From: an uncultured delta proteobacterium
GTDB taxonomy: Bacteria > Myxococcota_A > Polyangia > Polyangiales > Houyiibacteriaceae
DNA: 64,000 nucleotides
Assembly: GCA_963817725.1 (NCBI GenBank)
Contig: CAWFPD010000007.1
Span: forward strand, 215,750 to 279,749
Direction: 5' to 3'
The position numbers and the translations under genes were made by a program. Below, one piece after another: positions 1 to 9,850 of the stretch (position 1 is the stretch's first letter; each line of letters opens with the position of its first letter). The notes under the pieces are model-generated. The model ran no database searches, had not been told where the DNA came from, and was given only the letters and a program-made list of their open reading frames with translations.

Positions 1-738
1 CGAAGCCGGGGTCCTTGGGTCGCGCTCAATGCAGGAGGGCTCACGAGGGAGCTCGTCGAAAGCGAGCTCTTCGGTCACGCCCGGGGTGCATTCACAGGCG
101 CCGTTCAGGCGCATCGTGGCGCATTCGAGCGAGCCCACGGAGGCACGCTTTTTCTGGACGAAGTCGCCGAGCTTCCTCCCGATTTGCAAACTCGGCTGCT
201 ACGGGTCCTCGAAACGTGGTGCGTGCGCCGCTTGGGAAGCGAAGCGGAGCGCCTCGTCGACGTGCGTCTCGTTTGCGCCACGCACCGGGATCTCGGAGCC
301 ATGGTTCGGGAGGGTCGCTTTCGCTCGGATCTGTACTACCGCATCCATCGCCTGGTGGTGGACGTTCCGCCGCTGCGTTCGCGGCCGGACGACGTGGCAT
401 CGCTGGCTCGCCATTTCCTCGGACAGATGCAGGGTGAGCTCGGCTCTCGCGAGCTCGACGCCCAAGCCCTCGAGCGGCTGTGTTCGTATCCGTGGCCCGG
501 GAACGTGCGGGAGCTGCGCAACGTGCTCGAGCATGCGGCGGTCGACTCCGACGCTGCGTCGATCGGCCTTGAGGTCATCGAGCGCGCCCTTCGCCGCATC
601 GGTGATCGCTTGGCGACGAAGCCGTCGATTGATTCGCTCCGAGAGGCGCTCGAACAGTACGGCGGCAACGTCTCGGCCGCGGCGCGTGCCTTGGGCATTC
701 CGAGGTCGACGTTCCGAGACCGACTCCGGGATGAGTGA
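1..738 (+). CDS. sigma-54-dependent transcriptional regulator (NtrC/Fis family), 5' end outside window
   Basis: Frame +1 is open from nt 1. AAA+ sigma-54 interaction motifs ESELFGHARGAFTGA, GGTLFLDEVAELPPDLQTRLLRVLE, WPGNVRELRNV. C-terminal Fis-type HTH GNVSAAARALGIPRSTFRDRL. Confidence 0.9.
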   Translation, partial: RSRGPWVALNAGGLTRELVESELFGHARGAFTGAVQAHRGAFERAHGGTLFLDEVAELPPDLQTRLLRVLETWCVRRLGSEAERLVDVRLVCATHRDLGAMVREGRFRSDLYYRIHRLVVDVPPLRSRPDDVASLARHFLGQMQGELGSRELDAQALERLCSYPWPGNVRELRNVLEHAAVDSDAASIGLEVIERALRRIGDRLATKPSIDSLREALEQYGGNVSAAARALGIPRSTFRDRLRDE

Positions 739-749
739 GCGAGAGGCGC

Positions 750-1463
750 TCAAGCGCTGCGCTGCCTTGATTCCTTGAGCCTTCGAAAACGCAGCTCGAG
801 CAGGTCTTGCGAAACGCCATAGATCCGTTTCAAGCCAGTAGACTTGGATCGCCCCGAGTGCCGAGGCCGGCACTCGATCGTCACCACCGTGGTGGGTACG
901 TGCGCCCCGAGCATACGGATGGGAAACTCGAAGTTCAGAAAAAACGTGTCGGGCCTGAGCGCATCCGGATCGAATCGATCCCGCCGGAACAGGTAAGGGC
1001 CGTCGCTGCGCATCCGCACGCCGTGCACCAGGAGAATGAGGGCGCGAACGCCCGCCGATAGGACTTTGCGGTGCAAACCGTCGTTACGGTGGTCGTACAC
1101 GCTGAACACCACGTCGGCCTGGTCTCTTCGCGCGGCTGCTCGAAGCGTACCAATGGCGTCAGGAGCGATTTGGCCGTCGGCAGGCAGGAAAGTCACCCAG
1201 GTTCCCTTTGCGGCTCGCACTCCGGTCTTGAGGGCCGCGCCAATTCCGCGATTGTGCTCGTGCGCGAGCAGCTGATGGTTGAATCCATCGAGCGCTTTGC
1301 GGGCTTCTGTGGAAGTAGAGTCCGACGAGCCATCGTCCACGAACACCACCTCGGCCGATGGCTCGTGCTCGCTTAGCCAGGCTCTGAGCTCTCGAAGGAC
1401 CGGCGCGATGTTGGCCTCCTCATTGAAGGCAAAGACCACGATGCTGAGATCGGGATCGCTCAT
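750..1463 (-). CDS. family 2 glycosyltransferase (polyprenol-phosphate sugar transferase-like)
   Basis: N-terminus LSIVVFAFNEEANIAPVL...VVFVDDGSSDST is the typical GT2 (DxD-type) fold signature; 237 aa; ATGA overlap with the upstream gene. Confidence 0.85.
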   Translation of the reverse strand: MSDPDLSIVVFAFNEEANIAPVLRELRAWLSEHEPSAEVVFVDDGSSDSTSTEARKALDGFNHQLLAHEHNRGIGAALKTGVRAAKGTWVTFLPADGQIAPDAIGTLRAAARRDQADVVFSVYDHRNDGLHRKVLSAGVRALILLVHGVRMRSDGPYLFRRDRFDPDALRPDTFFLNFEFPIRMLGAHVPTTVVTIECRPRHSGRSKSTGLKRIYGVSQDLLELRFRRLKESRQRSA

Positions 1464-1978
1464 CGAGGACGCTCCCGAGCGATCTTGGCAGGGACCCCCA
1501 CGGCCACGGAGTAAGGAGGCACGTCCTGCGTGACGACGGCTCCCGCGCCGATCTGCGCTCCCCTTCCGATTCGCACACCCGGCAGAACGATGGCGCCAAC
1601 GCCAAGATCGCAGTCGTCCTCGAGTACGACCGGCGCGAGATCGATCGGCGAGTTGAGGATCGGTACGTTGCGGCCGGCCTCACGGTGAAACGAAGTGATG
1701 ATGCGAACGCCGGGTCCGATGCCCACCCGCGAGCCGATGTCGATCCCGCCCGCGCTGTGGAGAAACGCTTGCTGGCCGATCCACGTTTCGTCTCCGATCT
1801 TCATCTCGTTTTGATGGTAGCCCTTGAGGATTGCGTAGTGGCCGACGTACACGTTGGCACCGATCTCGATGCTCTCGGGGTGAAATACGAGGACGCCGGC
1901 TTCGAAAATGCAGTCAGGGCCGCAGCGCGCGAATTGATCCGCGGTGAAGGTTCCGTCGCCGTGGCTGCGGTGGCGCAT
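1460..1978 (-). CDS. hexapeptide-repeat (left-handed beta-helix) acyl/acetyltransferase
   Basis: Repeated [LIV]-G-x4 hexapeptides (IGANVYVGHYAIL, IGSRVGIGPGVRI, LGVGAIVLPGVRIGRGAQIGAGAVV). Confidence 0.8.
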   Translation of the reverse strand: MRHRSHGDGTFTADQFARCGPDCIFEAGVLVFHPESIEIGANVYVGHYAILKGYHQNEMKIGDETWIGQQAFLHSAGGIDIGSRVGIGPGVRIITSFHREAGRNVPILNSPIDLAPVVLEDDCDLGVGAIVLPGVRIGRGAQIGAGAVVTQDVPPYSVAVGVPAKIARERPR

Positions 1979-1981
1979 CGG

Positions 1982-3953
1982 TTACAGGTTATCAGGAGAG
2001 GCGGGTAGGGTCGTAAACTTCGGCTCCACCGGACCGAGCGCCTTCGACCATTCCAAAAAATAGGACGCGAGACGCTTTGCGCCGGTTGCGTTCGCGATGG
2101 TGGCTGCGTAGTGCAGGTTCTGTGCTGGGTGCCCAAGCGCCACACGGGGCCCATACACCGGGTGGGGTCGAAGCGACGGTCGAACCCGGGTGGGCACCGA
2201 GGACAGATCGATGTCGTTGGGAAGCTCGGTTCCGGGCACGCCCTCGAGAAGGGTGCCTATCGCCGCGCGCGCAAATCCCTGCGAATAGAGGTCGTGGCCT
2301 CGATCGAGGGTCATGAGCGCAATCAATCCGTCGGTCCCCGGCGAGCCGGTGCCAAGCGCGGACAGGGTGGCACCGGCATGGCGTGCCAGGCTCGGCTCCT
2401 GCGTTTCGGTCGGGCAGCTCGGGCGCACGTCGAGCAGCCAGGGGCTCGGACAGGTCGGCAGGCCGAGCAGGTCGGCAAGCGCGACGGACTCGACCTGAAT
2501 GGACCGCTCCGCGTTTGCATGGATGAAGCGCCGGACCCTGGCCACGCGTCCCCCGGGGGCGCGGAGCTCGAATCGGGGTCAGTGCTGGATGGCGTCGATA
2601 GAGAAATCGCCAGTACCACTCGGATGCGGAGAGCCCGTACGCCAGCAGCACGACATCGGGACGAACGTGCTCCTGTTCCTGGACGTACCACATGGGCCCG
2701 ATCCAATGATCCTTGGCCACGATGACGACGGCGCCTTCTGGAGCGCTCTGGAGCGCTTCGACGGCGATGTCGTGGGTGAAGTAGTCGAGATTCCGAGTGC
2801 GCTGATGAGGTGCCGGAGGCATGAGCATCACGAAGAGCAGGACCACGGACAGACCTCCCATTCCGAGCCACGCGTTGCGTCCGCCGAGATATGCGATGAA
2901 CAGGCCCATACCCGCGGTGGCGATCCAGATGGGGACGGAAAGATACGCTCCCTGGTCGAGCACGTCCGGTGCAAACATCCCATCGCGGGCAACGAAGGCG
3001 ACGAAAAACACGATCGAGAAATTGAAAAAGAAGCGACCTAGACCGCGACGGCGCGCGTAGAGGGCGTACCCGGTGAATCCTGCGAGCAGTATCGCGAGCA
3101 CGCCGTTGCGAAGCGTCCACAGCATCACCTCGCCCACGTGTCCCCACCATTCGGACCACGATGCAACCGACTTGTAGGTGAAGTCGGCGGCCGTGAAATA
3201 GTGCTCGATCGACTTGGCGTCCGTTGGAGCGCCCCACACCACGACGTCTTGTCGGCCAGCGACGACGAAGACGTACGCATAGGTCATCAACCCACACAGC
3301 CCTCCCGCCATGATCAGCCCTATCGCGCGTCGAGGCAGCTCACGGCGACCGACCCCGATCAGCAATCGTGGCGTCATGGCGAGGGCCACGCCCGCTGCAC
3401 ACACGATGTTGGAGCTCGCAGCGAGGCCGAGCGCAATTCCGGTCGTCAGATAGGGCCGTGGCGCCGGGTTCCGGGCGAGCACGGCGTTGGCGAACCGGGC
3501 CGCAGCCCAAAGCGCAAGTAGGATGGCCAATGGGTACACTTCGATTCGCGTCGAGGGCTCCCAAAGCGCGGGGTGAAGACCGAGCAAGGCGATGGTTGGC
3601 GCGACGAAACGTGAATCCGCGGGAGGGGTATCGGATGGTGAAAGGAGCAAGGCTTCGGCCAAGCTGGTGGCGGGCACGACCGTGAGCGCACCGGCGACCG
3701 CAGACAGAGCGTTGAGCGCGAACAATGGATCGATGCCCGGCACCCGCGTCAAGAGCCCACCGAGCAGGGTGTGCAGCGGCTGGCCGAACGGATGACCGAG
3801 GCCGAGCTGTTCGGCCACCAATGCAAGCTCGGGGCTGTCATACAACGACAGGCTTCTGCTCATCGTGAGGAGATAGACGATGAGCAGGGCAGCGGTGGCG
3901 AGGGCTGTTCCGCGGCGCGAACGAACCGGCAAGCCGAGCAGCCGCTCAGTCAC
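1982..3953 (-). CDS. DUF2723 / GT-C (PMT/ArnT-like) membrane glycosyltransferase, apparent frameshift near 2545-2578
   Basis: N-terminal ~460 aa is polytopic and begins LLIVYLLTMSRSLSLYDSPELALVAEQLGLGHPFGQPLH. After ...EWYWRFLYRRHPALTP the frame turns into Arg/Pro-rich nonsense. A protein-like continuation (RVARVRRFIHANAERSIQVESVALADLLG...) runs in another frame down to 1982. Confidence 0.65.
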
Positions 3954-4929
3954 CCCGTTCTCCGGAAAGCGGCACCATCAAGTTGATGACACCCCCGACG
4001 GCGGCGGTGACTAGCTGGGTCGCCCAGAAGCTCAACGAAGCTGCATATGCGCTTGCTTCGGGCACGCCGACGAAGCCGTAGAGCGCGGCAAATGCCGCCT
4101 CCCGCACCCCTGCACCTCCCACGGTCAGAGGAAAGAACGCGGATGCGGCGATCAAGGGCATCAAGACCGCTGATTGCCCAAAGCTCACGGAGGGCTCCAG
4201 CGAATGGATGATCGCGTGTCCTGCGACGACATTCGCGAAGTGGATCACGATCGAGAGAAGAATGGAGAGGATGAAAGGCCACGCAGAAAATAACCGGGGA
4301 AGCGCTCGGAGCGGCGTGCCGAGCTTCTCGGGCAGCAATGGCGCGAGCCGGGGCGCGATGGCGATGCCGACCAGCGCGCCTGCGGCGACCAGTACCCCGA
4401 GACCCGCCCATAAACCCACGTTTTCCACACCGCGGATGGGCCGGATCAGGTAAGCAATCGCTGCGAGGACGAGTAGCGCGGATACGCCGATCACGCGCTC
4501 GATGAAGACGACCGCGACGCCGCTGGTGGCGCCCGTCCAGTCGAGATTGCCGAACGCTTTGCGCCCGGCCACGCCGCGGATCACGTCGCCACCCACGCCG
4601 CCCGGCGCGTACGTATTGTAGAAGTGGCCCACCAAGTACAGATGGACGATGCGCGGCCAACGCGGCATGTCGATCGCGCCATAGGCTCGCAGAAGGAGCC
4701 GCCACCTGACCATTCCGCAGGAGAGCCCGAACAGCACCAAGGTGATGGCGAGCAATGCGGCACCGGGAGACAGGCGCTTGAACGCCGAAAGCACATCACT
4801 CGGTTGAACCCGGCTTGCCAGGTAGCCGACCGCGGCCAGCGTGAACGTGATCCTGCCCCACTTGAAGTAACGACGCCGTCTCTCGCCGCTCGTCATGCGT
4901 CGTTCCCCCAGCTGCATGTCAGCTTCCAA
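3946..4929 (-). CDS. flippase-like membrane protein (UPF0104 / lysylphosphatidylglycerol-synthase TM-domain family)
   Basis: Polytopic 327-aa ORF with basic N-terminus RRRRYFKWGRITFTLAAVGYL and a family-like pattern (VRWRLLL, HFYNTYAPGGVGGDVIR). Alternative ATG starts at 4917 and 4896. Confidence 0.7.
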   Translation of the reverse strand: MEADMQLGERRMTSGERRRRYFKWGRITFTLAAVGYLASRVQPSDVLSAFKRLSPGAALLAITLVLFGLSCGMVRWRLLLRAYGAIDMPRWPRIVHLYLVGHFYNTYAPGGVGGDVIRGVAGRKAFGNLDWTGATSGVAVVFIERVIGVSALLVLAAIAYLIRPIRGVENVGLWAGLGVLVAAGALVGIAIAPRLAPLLPEKLGTPLRALPRLFSAWPFILSILLSIVIHFANVVAGHAIIHSLEPSVSFGQSAVLMPLIAASAFFPLTVGGAGVREAAFAALYGFVGVPEASAYAASLSFWATQLVTAAVGGVINLMVPLSGERGD

Positions 4930-5545
4930 AGCCTAACCCGTCCCGGATTTCCCGCAGCAGTTCTGGGGTGCTGCCCGCCACCATTTGCTTTAGAGACGGA
5001 AGAAAGCTCCCCACGAGCGGAGATTCCTCCTCGCGCAGGGCCAGCGCGGGTCTGCGCCTCAAGCTGTCGGCGAGCGTCCCCAGTACGAACTCGGGCTCTT
5101 CGTAGTCGCGAGGGACGCCCCAACGGGACAAGCGCATTTGGAGATCGCTGAACGCCGCGCCTCGATCCTGCCATTCGACGCGACCTCGCACATCGATCTC
5201 GAGGGCCGTGAGATAGGCGTCGGCGTGCCTGGGCTCCCGCGCCAGCCAGCCATCGAGAAACAACTCCGTTCCGACGTGCGCCACCGCCCGCGCCGTCCCG
5301 CGCCGGACGCCGAGCCCGACCATGCGCTTTAGCGCACGATCGCACAGCGCAAGGAAGGTGGAGCTACGATGAAACGTCTGATCGGTCTTGTGATGAAGAT
5401 CGATGCCTCGCTGAATGTCCGAATCCCGAACGTGGACCAAGGGCACGCGGACCATCGCTTCGAAGTCGGGCAGCATGCTGCCCAAAAGGTGCTCGGCATG
5501 GTCGTCCGCCCAGGCGGCGACGACTGCGTGTCCAAAGAAATTCAA
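4919..5545 (-). CDS. ACP phosphodiesterase (AcpH/DUF479)-like protein
   Basis: LNFFGHAVVAAW...GSMLPDF...IQRGIDLHHKTDQTFH parallels E. coli AcpH MNFLAHLHLA...GNLLADF...GIHMHRRID. Proposed TTG start at 5545 overlaps the miaA stop (TTGA). The tracked ORF extends to 5611. Confidence 0.55.
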   Translation of the reverse strand: MNFFGHAVVAAWADDHAEHLLGSMLPDFEAMVRVPLVHVRDSDIQRGIDLHHKTDQTFHRSSTFLALCDRALKRMVGLGVRRGTARAVAHVGTELFLDGWLAREPRHADAYLTALEIDVRGRVEWQDRGAAFSDLQMRLSRWGVPRDYEEPEFVLGTLADSLRRRPALALREEESPLVGSFLPSLKQMVAGSTPELLREIRDGLGFGS

Positions 5546-6474
5546 AGCTTCAGATCCTTCGCGATGCGCTCGAGGCTGCGCGGCTCCCGGAGCTCCGCGC
5601 CGTGACTCCACCAGCTTACACCGGGCTCACCGCGGAACCACGTTCGCTGCCGTCGCGCATAGGTTCGCGTCGACTTCCGGATTCGCTGGACCGTTTCGTC
5701 GACGGGAACTGCGTCGCGGACGTGGGCAAGGACCTCCCGATAACCTACGCTGCCAAACGGCCGCACCTCGTCGCCCCATCGTTCCCGTAGCGCTCGCACC
5801 TCGTCGACCCAGCCCGCTTCGAGCATCTGGAGCGTACGGTGCTCGATGACGGCCGTATGCGCATCCCGGTCCATGTCGAGCACCACCAGGACAGTCCGGT
5901 AGCGGGACTCGCCCAACGCATGTTGGGCGCGCAGCGTACCGAGCGGGGTTCCGGTCTGTTCGAAGACCTCGAGCGCACGGATGATTCGAAAGCTGTCGTG
6001 CGGGTGCACGGCGCGGGCCGTCACGGGGTCGACCTCGGCCAGACGCGCATGCAGCGCGACCGGTCCCTCCGACGCCGCCAGAGCCTCCAGCCGTTGCCGC
6101 ACCGTGGGATCGACCCGGGGCACGTCGACCAATCCTCGAACCAGCGCGCGGATCCACAAACCGGTTCCGCCCACCACGATGGGGAGGCGACCACGGACGC
6201 GGATCTCCCGGATCACTTCGTCCGCCATCCTGGCATAGGTCACCGCATCGATTTCCTGGTCGGGATCGATCACATCGATCAGGTGGTGCCGGACGCCGCG
6301 AAGCTCGCTCTTGCTCGGTTTGGCCGATCCGATGTCGAATCCGCGATACACCTGCACGCTGTCGGCCCCGATCAGCTCGCCGTGAAAATGGCGAGCGAGC
6401 TCGATCCCAGCAGCGGTTTTGCCGGTGGCGGTGAGACCCGCGATCACCAAGAGAGGTTCGCGCGGCTCAGTCAT
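5542..6474 (-). CDS. miaA: tRNA dimethylallyltransferase
   Basis: P-loop LLVIAGLTATGKTAAGIELA, then DSVQVYRGFDIGSAKP and HHLIDV. Start taken at MTEPREP (6474), overlapping the mutL stop by 8 nt. Confidence 0.9.
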   Translation of the reverse strand: MTEPREPLLVIAGLTATGKTAAGIELARHFHGELIGADSVQVYRGFDIGSAKPSKSELRGVRHHLIDVIDPDQEIDAVTYARMADEVIREIRVRGRLPIVVGGTGLWIRALVRGLVDVPRVDPTVRQRLEALAASEGPVALHARLAEVDPVTARAVHPHDSFRIIRALEVFEQTGTPLGTLRAQHALGESRYRTVLVVLDMDRDAHTAVIEHRTLQMLEAGWVDEVRALRERWGDEVRPFGSVGYREVLAHVRDAVPVDETVQRIRKSTRTYARRQRTWFRGEPGVSWWSHGAELREPRSLERIAKDLKL

Positions 6475-8131
6475 CGTTCGTCCGATGGCTCGTGGGGGGA
6501 AGCGGAATCCGCCCCGTGATGCACGGTCGATACGCTTCCCGATCGGGCCGGAGCCCCGCCGTGAGACGGCGGGCTGTTTCATCGTCGACAGCCTTCCCGT
6601 TTGGGACCGCTGCGACGTCCGCGAGAGCGCGAAGCGCAGCATCGAGGGAGCCCTTTGCGCCGGCTTCGAGCGCCCCCAACGCCGCCCGCAACAGCGGGGC
6701 AGCCGGTGCATCCGAAAGGAGTGATGGCACCGCCCGAATCACGTACGAGCTTTCGCCGAGTTGGGACCAGTCGAAGCCCAACGAACGCAGCGACGAGGCA
6801 TGCCGATCGAGTGCCCGTCCGCGGTCCGGTGCGAGCTCGAGCCTATCCGGAAAGAGCAAGCTCTGCCGCGAGATGGCGTCGGAATCTGCAGCTCGGCGTA
6901 AACTGTCGTATCGGATGAGCGCATCGGCTCGGGCTCGATCCACGACGAGCACTTCCCGTCCGTTCTCCAAGATGAGCGCGCGATCACCCACCTGCGCAAC
7001 GAAGCGAAGCCCATTGGGTTGCCGCGGCTCGTAGCGAGCTTCGGCTTCCGCAGCGGTGGGCGGGGTCCGGTGCCGCAGGTAAGCATCGGCCGCCTCGGGG
7101 GTGGGCCGACCGCCGCGGATTCTCGACTCCCAATAGGCATCGGCCGATCGAGCGGCCGCAAGCCGCGACGAGATCATGCGTGTGACTTGGTCCAAGAGCT
7201 CGGCGGCTCTTCGGAACCGCACCTCGGTCTTCTGCGGGTGCGCATTGACGTCGACGGCTTCCCCAGGGATGCGAAGAGAAACGACGCCGCGCGGGTAGCA
7301 GCCCGGCGCCAGCCGGTCGCCGTATGCGAATGCGACGGCTCTTGCGAGGCTGCGGTCCAGGATCGGTCGCCCGTTGACCAAGAGGAACAGATGACGGGCA
7401 CCTGGCCGCGCCAGCTCGATCGGGGCGAGCACGGCGTCGAGAATCAGTCCTTCGCGCTCGGAATGGATCTCACGGAGCGCGACCTGTCCGAAGATTTGGC
7501 GAGCGCGCTCCGCGAGGCTCCGCGCCGGCAGGTAGCGACGCGCGAGCCGGCCGTCGGAGGTCACCGAGAGCTGTAGCTCGGGATGGCTCAGGGCCATGCG
7601 TTGACAAATCTCCAAGATTTTCGAGGTTTCCGTTTGACGGGCCCGAAGAAACTTGCGTCGCGCAGGCACGTTGTAGAACAGGTCGGTGACCTCGACCGTG
7701 GTTCCTCGGGGGCAGCCCGCGGGCTCGAATCCCCGAAGGAGCCCTCCCTCCAATACCAGCCGAGTGCCCTCGGCGCTGTCCTCGAGGCGGGTGGTGATCG
7801 TCATTTTGGACACCGATCCGATCGATGGCAGCGCCTCTCCCCGAAAACCCAGGGTCGACACGTGGAGCAGGTCTTCGAAGGACGCGATCTTGCTGGTGGC
7901 GTGGCGCTCGATCGACAGCCTGAGGTCCTCGGCCGACATGCCGGTTCCGTCGTCGCGGACCCGGACCAATGCCCGCCCCCCGTCTTCCAGCGACACCGTA
8001 ATCTCCCGGGCAGCGGCATCGATGGCATTCTCGACGAGCTCCTTGACCAGATTGGCCGGCCGTTCGATGACTTCCCCGGCCGCGATCTGGTCGATCAACG
8101 TTTCGTCGAGCAATCGCACGGTCGGAGCCAC
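6467..8131 (-). CDS. mutL: DNA mismatch repair protein MutL
   Basis: GHKL ATPase N-terminus IRLLDETLIDQIAAGEVIERPANLVKELVENAIDA...DDGTGM; 554 aa; conserved mutL-miaA synteny. Confidence 0.92.
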   Translation of the reverse strand: MAPTVRLLDETLIDQIAAGEVIERPANLVKELVENAIDAAAREITVSLEDGGRALVRVRDDGTGMSAEDLRLSIERHATSKIASFEDLLHVSTLGFRGEALPSIGSVSKMTITTRLEDSAEGTRLVLEGGLLRGFEPAGCPRGTTVEVTDLFYNVPARRKFLRARQTETSKILEICQRMALSHPELQLSVTSDGRLARRYLPARSLAERARQIFGQVALREIHSEREGLILDAVLAPIELARPGARHLFLLVNGRPILDRSLARAVAFAYGDRLAPGCYPRGVVSLRIPGEAVDVNAHPQKTEVRFRRAAELLDQVTRMISSRLAAARSADAYWESRIRGGRPTPEAADAYLRHRTPPTAAEAEARYEPRQPNGLRFVAQVGDRALILENGREVLVVDRARADALIRYDSLRRAADSDAISRQSLLFPDRLELAPDRGRALDRHASSLRSLGFDWSQLGESSYVIRAVPSLLSDAPAAPLLRAALGALEAGAKGSLDAALRALADVAAVPNGKAVDDETARRLTAGLRPDREAYRPCITGRIPLPPTSHRTNDD

Positions 8132-8257
8132 GGCCTGCGCCTATCAAAGCTATCGTGGATTGGCAACGAGGCCGCGGCGGCCGCGCCTCCCTTCGTTGAC
8201 CCTGTGAGAAGCGCGATGCTACCGTGAATTTGGGGAGCTAGCTCGCAATTTGGCGTC

Positions 8258-9850
8258 ATGAAGGTGTGTCCGGCGTGCAGAACCGATTACGGGGGCGGGG
8301 AGGTATTCTGCCCGGTCGACGCCACGCGTCTCGTCACCACTTCGCAGATGAGTCTCGAGGCGGTCGACCCGCACGACCCGCTCATCGGGACCGTGCTCGC
8401 CGGGCGCTACGTCATAGAGAAGCGGATTGGCGAGGGCGGAATGGGCTTGGTCTACGTGGGCGTTCACCGTGACATCGACAAGCGTGTCGCGGTGAAGGTC
8501 CTGCGGGACGACCTGTCGCGGCGGCCGGAGGTCGTGGCGCGCTTCCGCCAGGAGGCCAAGAGCGCATCGAGGATAGGCCATGAGCACATCGTGGATATCT
8601 TCGATTTCGGCGAGACCCCGCGAGGCTCGAGCTACTTCATCATGGAATTTTTGGAGGGTGAAGATCTGGGGAACCTCCTCGGTCGCGAAGTGACGCTTGC
8701 ACCGGCCCGAGCATGCTCGATCGTACTCCAGTGTTGTCGCGCGCTTGCGGCCACCCACGCCAAAGGGATCGTGCATCGCGACATCAAGCCCGAGAACATC
8801 TTCCTGACGAGGCGCGACGGGGTAGAGGACTTCGTGAAGATCGTCGACTTCGGCATCGCCAAGATGAGTGACATCGAAACCGATGGAGCGCCGGGGCGAA
8901 AGCTCACCAAGACGGGGATGATCTTCGGAACGCCGGAATACATGTCCCCGGAGCAGGCCGCCGGCAAAGATCTGGACCATCGCGTCGACATCTATGCGTT
9001 GGGGATCATCCTCTACGAGTGCTTTGCAGGGCGCGTGCCCTTCGAAGGAGACACGTTCATGGGGGTGCTCACCCAGCATCTATTCGCCGAGCTGCCACCG
9101 ATCCATACGGTCAACCCACAAACCCAAGCAAGCGCCGAGCTCGAGCTGGTGATCCGCAAGGCGCTCGCCAAGGATCCCGAGGAGCGTTACCAGGATACCG
9201 AGGAGCTCGCTGAAGCGCTGAGGTGCGCCCTCGAAGGCCGGGTCAGCCCCGCGACGGCGCTCGCGCCGCCGTCCGAGGTCACGCCGAAATCGCTGAGCTA
9301 TCTGGAGACGGTTCCGCGCCGGAAGAGGTCGCGCTCGGTGTGGGCAGCGTCGCTCGCGGCGGCCCTCGCCGTGATCGCATGGGTTGGATACGGCCAGAGC
9401 GCGGGACGGGGAGCCGAGCTCGAACCGAGCGACGCGATTGCGGACGCGCCGGCCAGAGCGTTGGCGGAGCCCCCGCACAGGCCGGAAGAAGCGGCAGAGG
9501 CCGAGCTGCCAGAGGTCAAGGTGGACCGAGTGGTGGCCCCGGTCGCGATTCACGTGGCAACTGAGCCCTCGGGTGCTCGGGTCGTGCTCGGCGATGGATC
9601 CGAGGCGTGCGCGTACACCCCGTGCACGATCCAGGCGACGCCCGGATCGACGCTCGTGCTTCGCGCCAGGCTCGGAAAGCACAGGGGTCGCGTCGCCATT
9701 ACCCCCACTCGAGAAGACACGGTGCTGATCGCCCTTACCGCACGCCCCCCGAGGACGCGAAGCAGGCCCAAGGATGCCCATACCTCGAAGCGCACGAGCA
9801 CGACGCCCGTGCGAGCCTCCGACCTCAAAGTGCCCGAGTGGGCTCAGTGA
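8258..9850 (+). CDS. Ser/Thr protein kinase with N-terminal zinc-ribbon and C-terminal PEGA domain
   Basis: CPACRTDYGGGEVFCPVD; kinase motifs GEGGMGLVY, VAVKVL, HRDIKPENI, DFGIAK, SPEQ; TM segment WAASLAAALAVIAWVG; PEGA-like IHVATEPSGARVVLGDGSEACAYTPCTI. Confidence 0.9.
   Translation: MKVCPACRTDYGGGEVFCPVDATRLVTTSQMSLEAVDPHDPLIGTVLAGRYVIEKRIGEGGMGLVYVGVHRDIDKRVAVKVLRDDLSRRPEVVARFRQEAKSASRIGHEHIVDIFDFGETPRGSSYFIMEFLEGEDLGNLLGREVTLAPARACSIVLQCCRALAATHAKGIVHRDIKPENIFLTRRDGVEDFVKIVDFGIAKMSDIETDGAPGRKLTKTGMIFGTPEYMSPEQAAGKDLDHRVDIYALGIILYECFAGRVPFEGDTFMGVLTQHLFAELPPIHTVNPQTQASAELELVIRKALAKDPEERYQDTEELAEALRCALEGRVSPATALAPPSEVTPKSLSYLETVPRRKRSRSVWAASLAAALAVIAWVGYGQSAGRGAELEPSDAIADAPARALAEPPHRPEEAAEAELPEVKVDRVVAPVAIHVATEPSGARVVLGDGSEACAYTPCTIQATPGSTLVLRARLGKHRGRVAITPTREDTVLIALTARPPRTRSRPKDAHTSKRTSTTPVRASDLKVPEWAQ

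Noticed and set aside
5546-5611. N-terminal extension of the AcpH-like ORF (MESRRGAPGAAQPRAHREGSEA), and similar long N-terminal extensions of the miaA, mutS2, MTase, tatA, rimP and acnA tracked ORFs.
   Set aside because: The extensions overlap the upstream genes, are Arg/Pro-rich, and precede the point where family conservation begins. Shorter starts with RBS-like sequences or stop/start overlaps were preferred.
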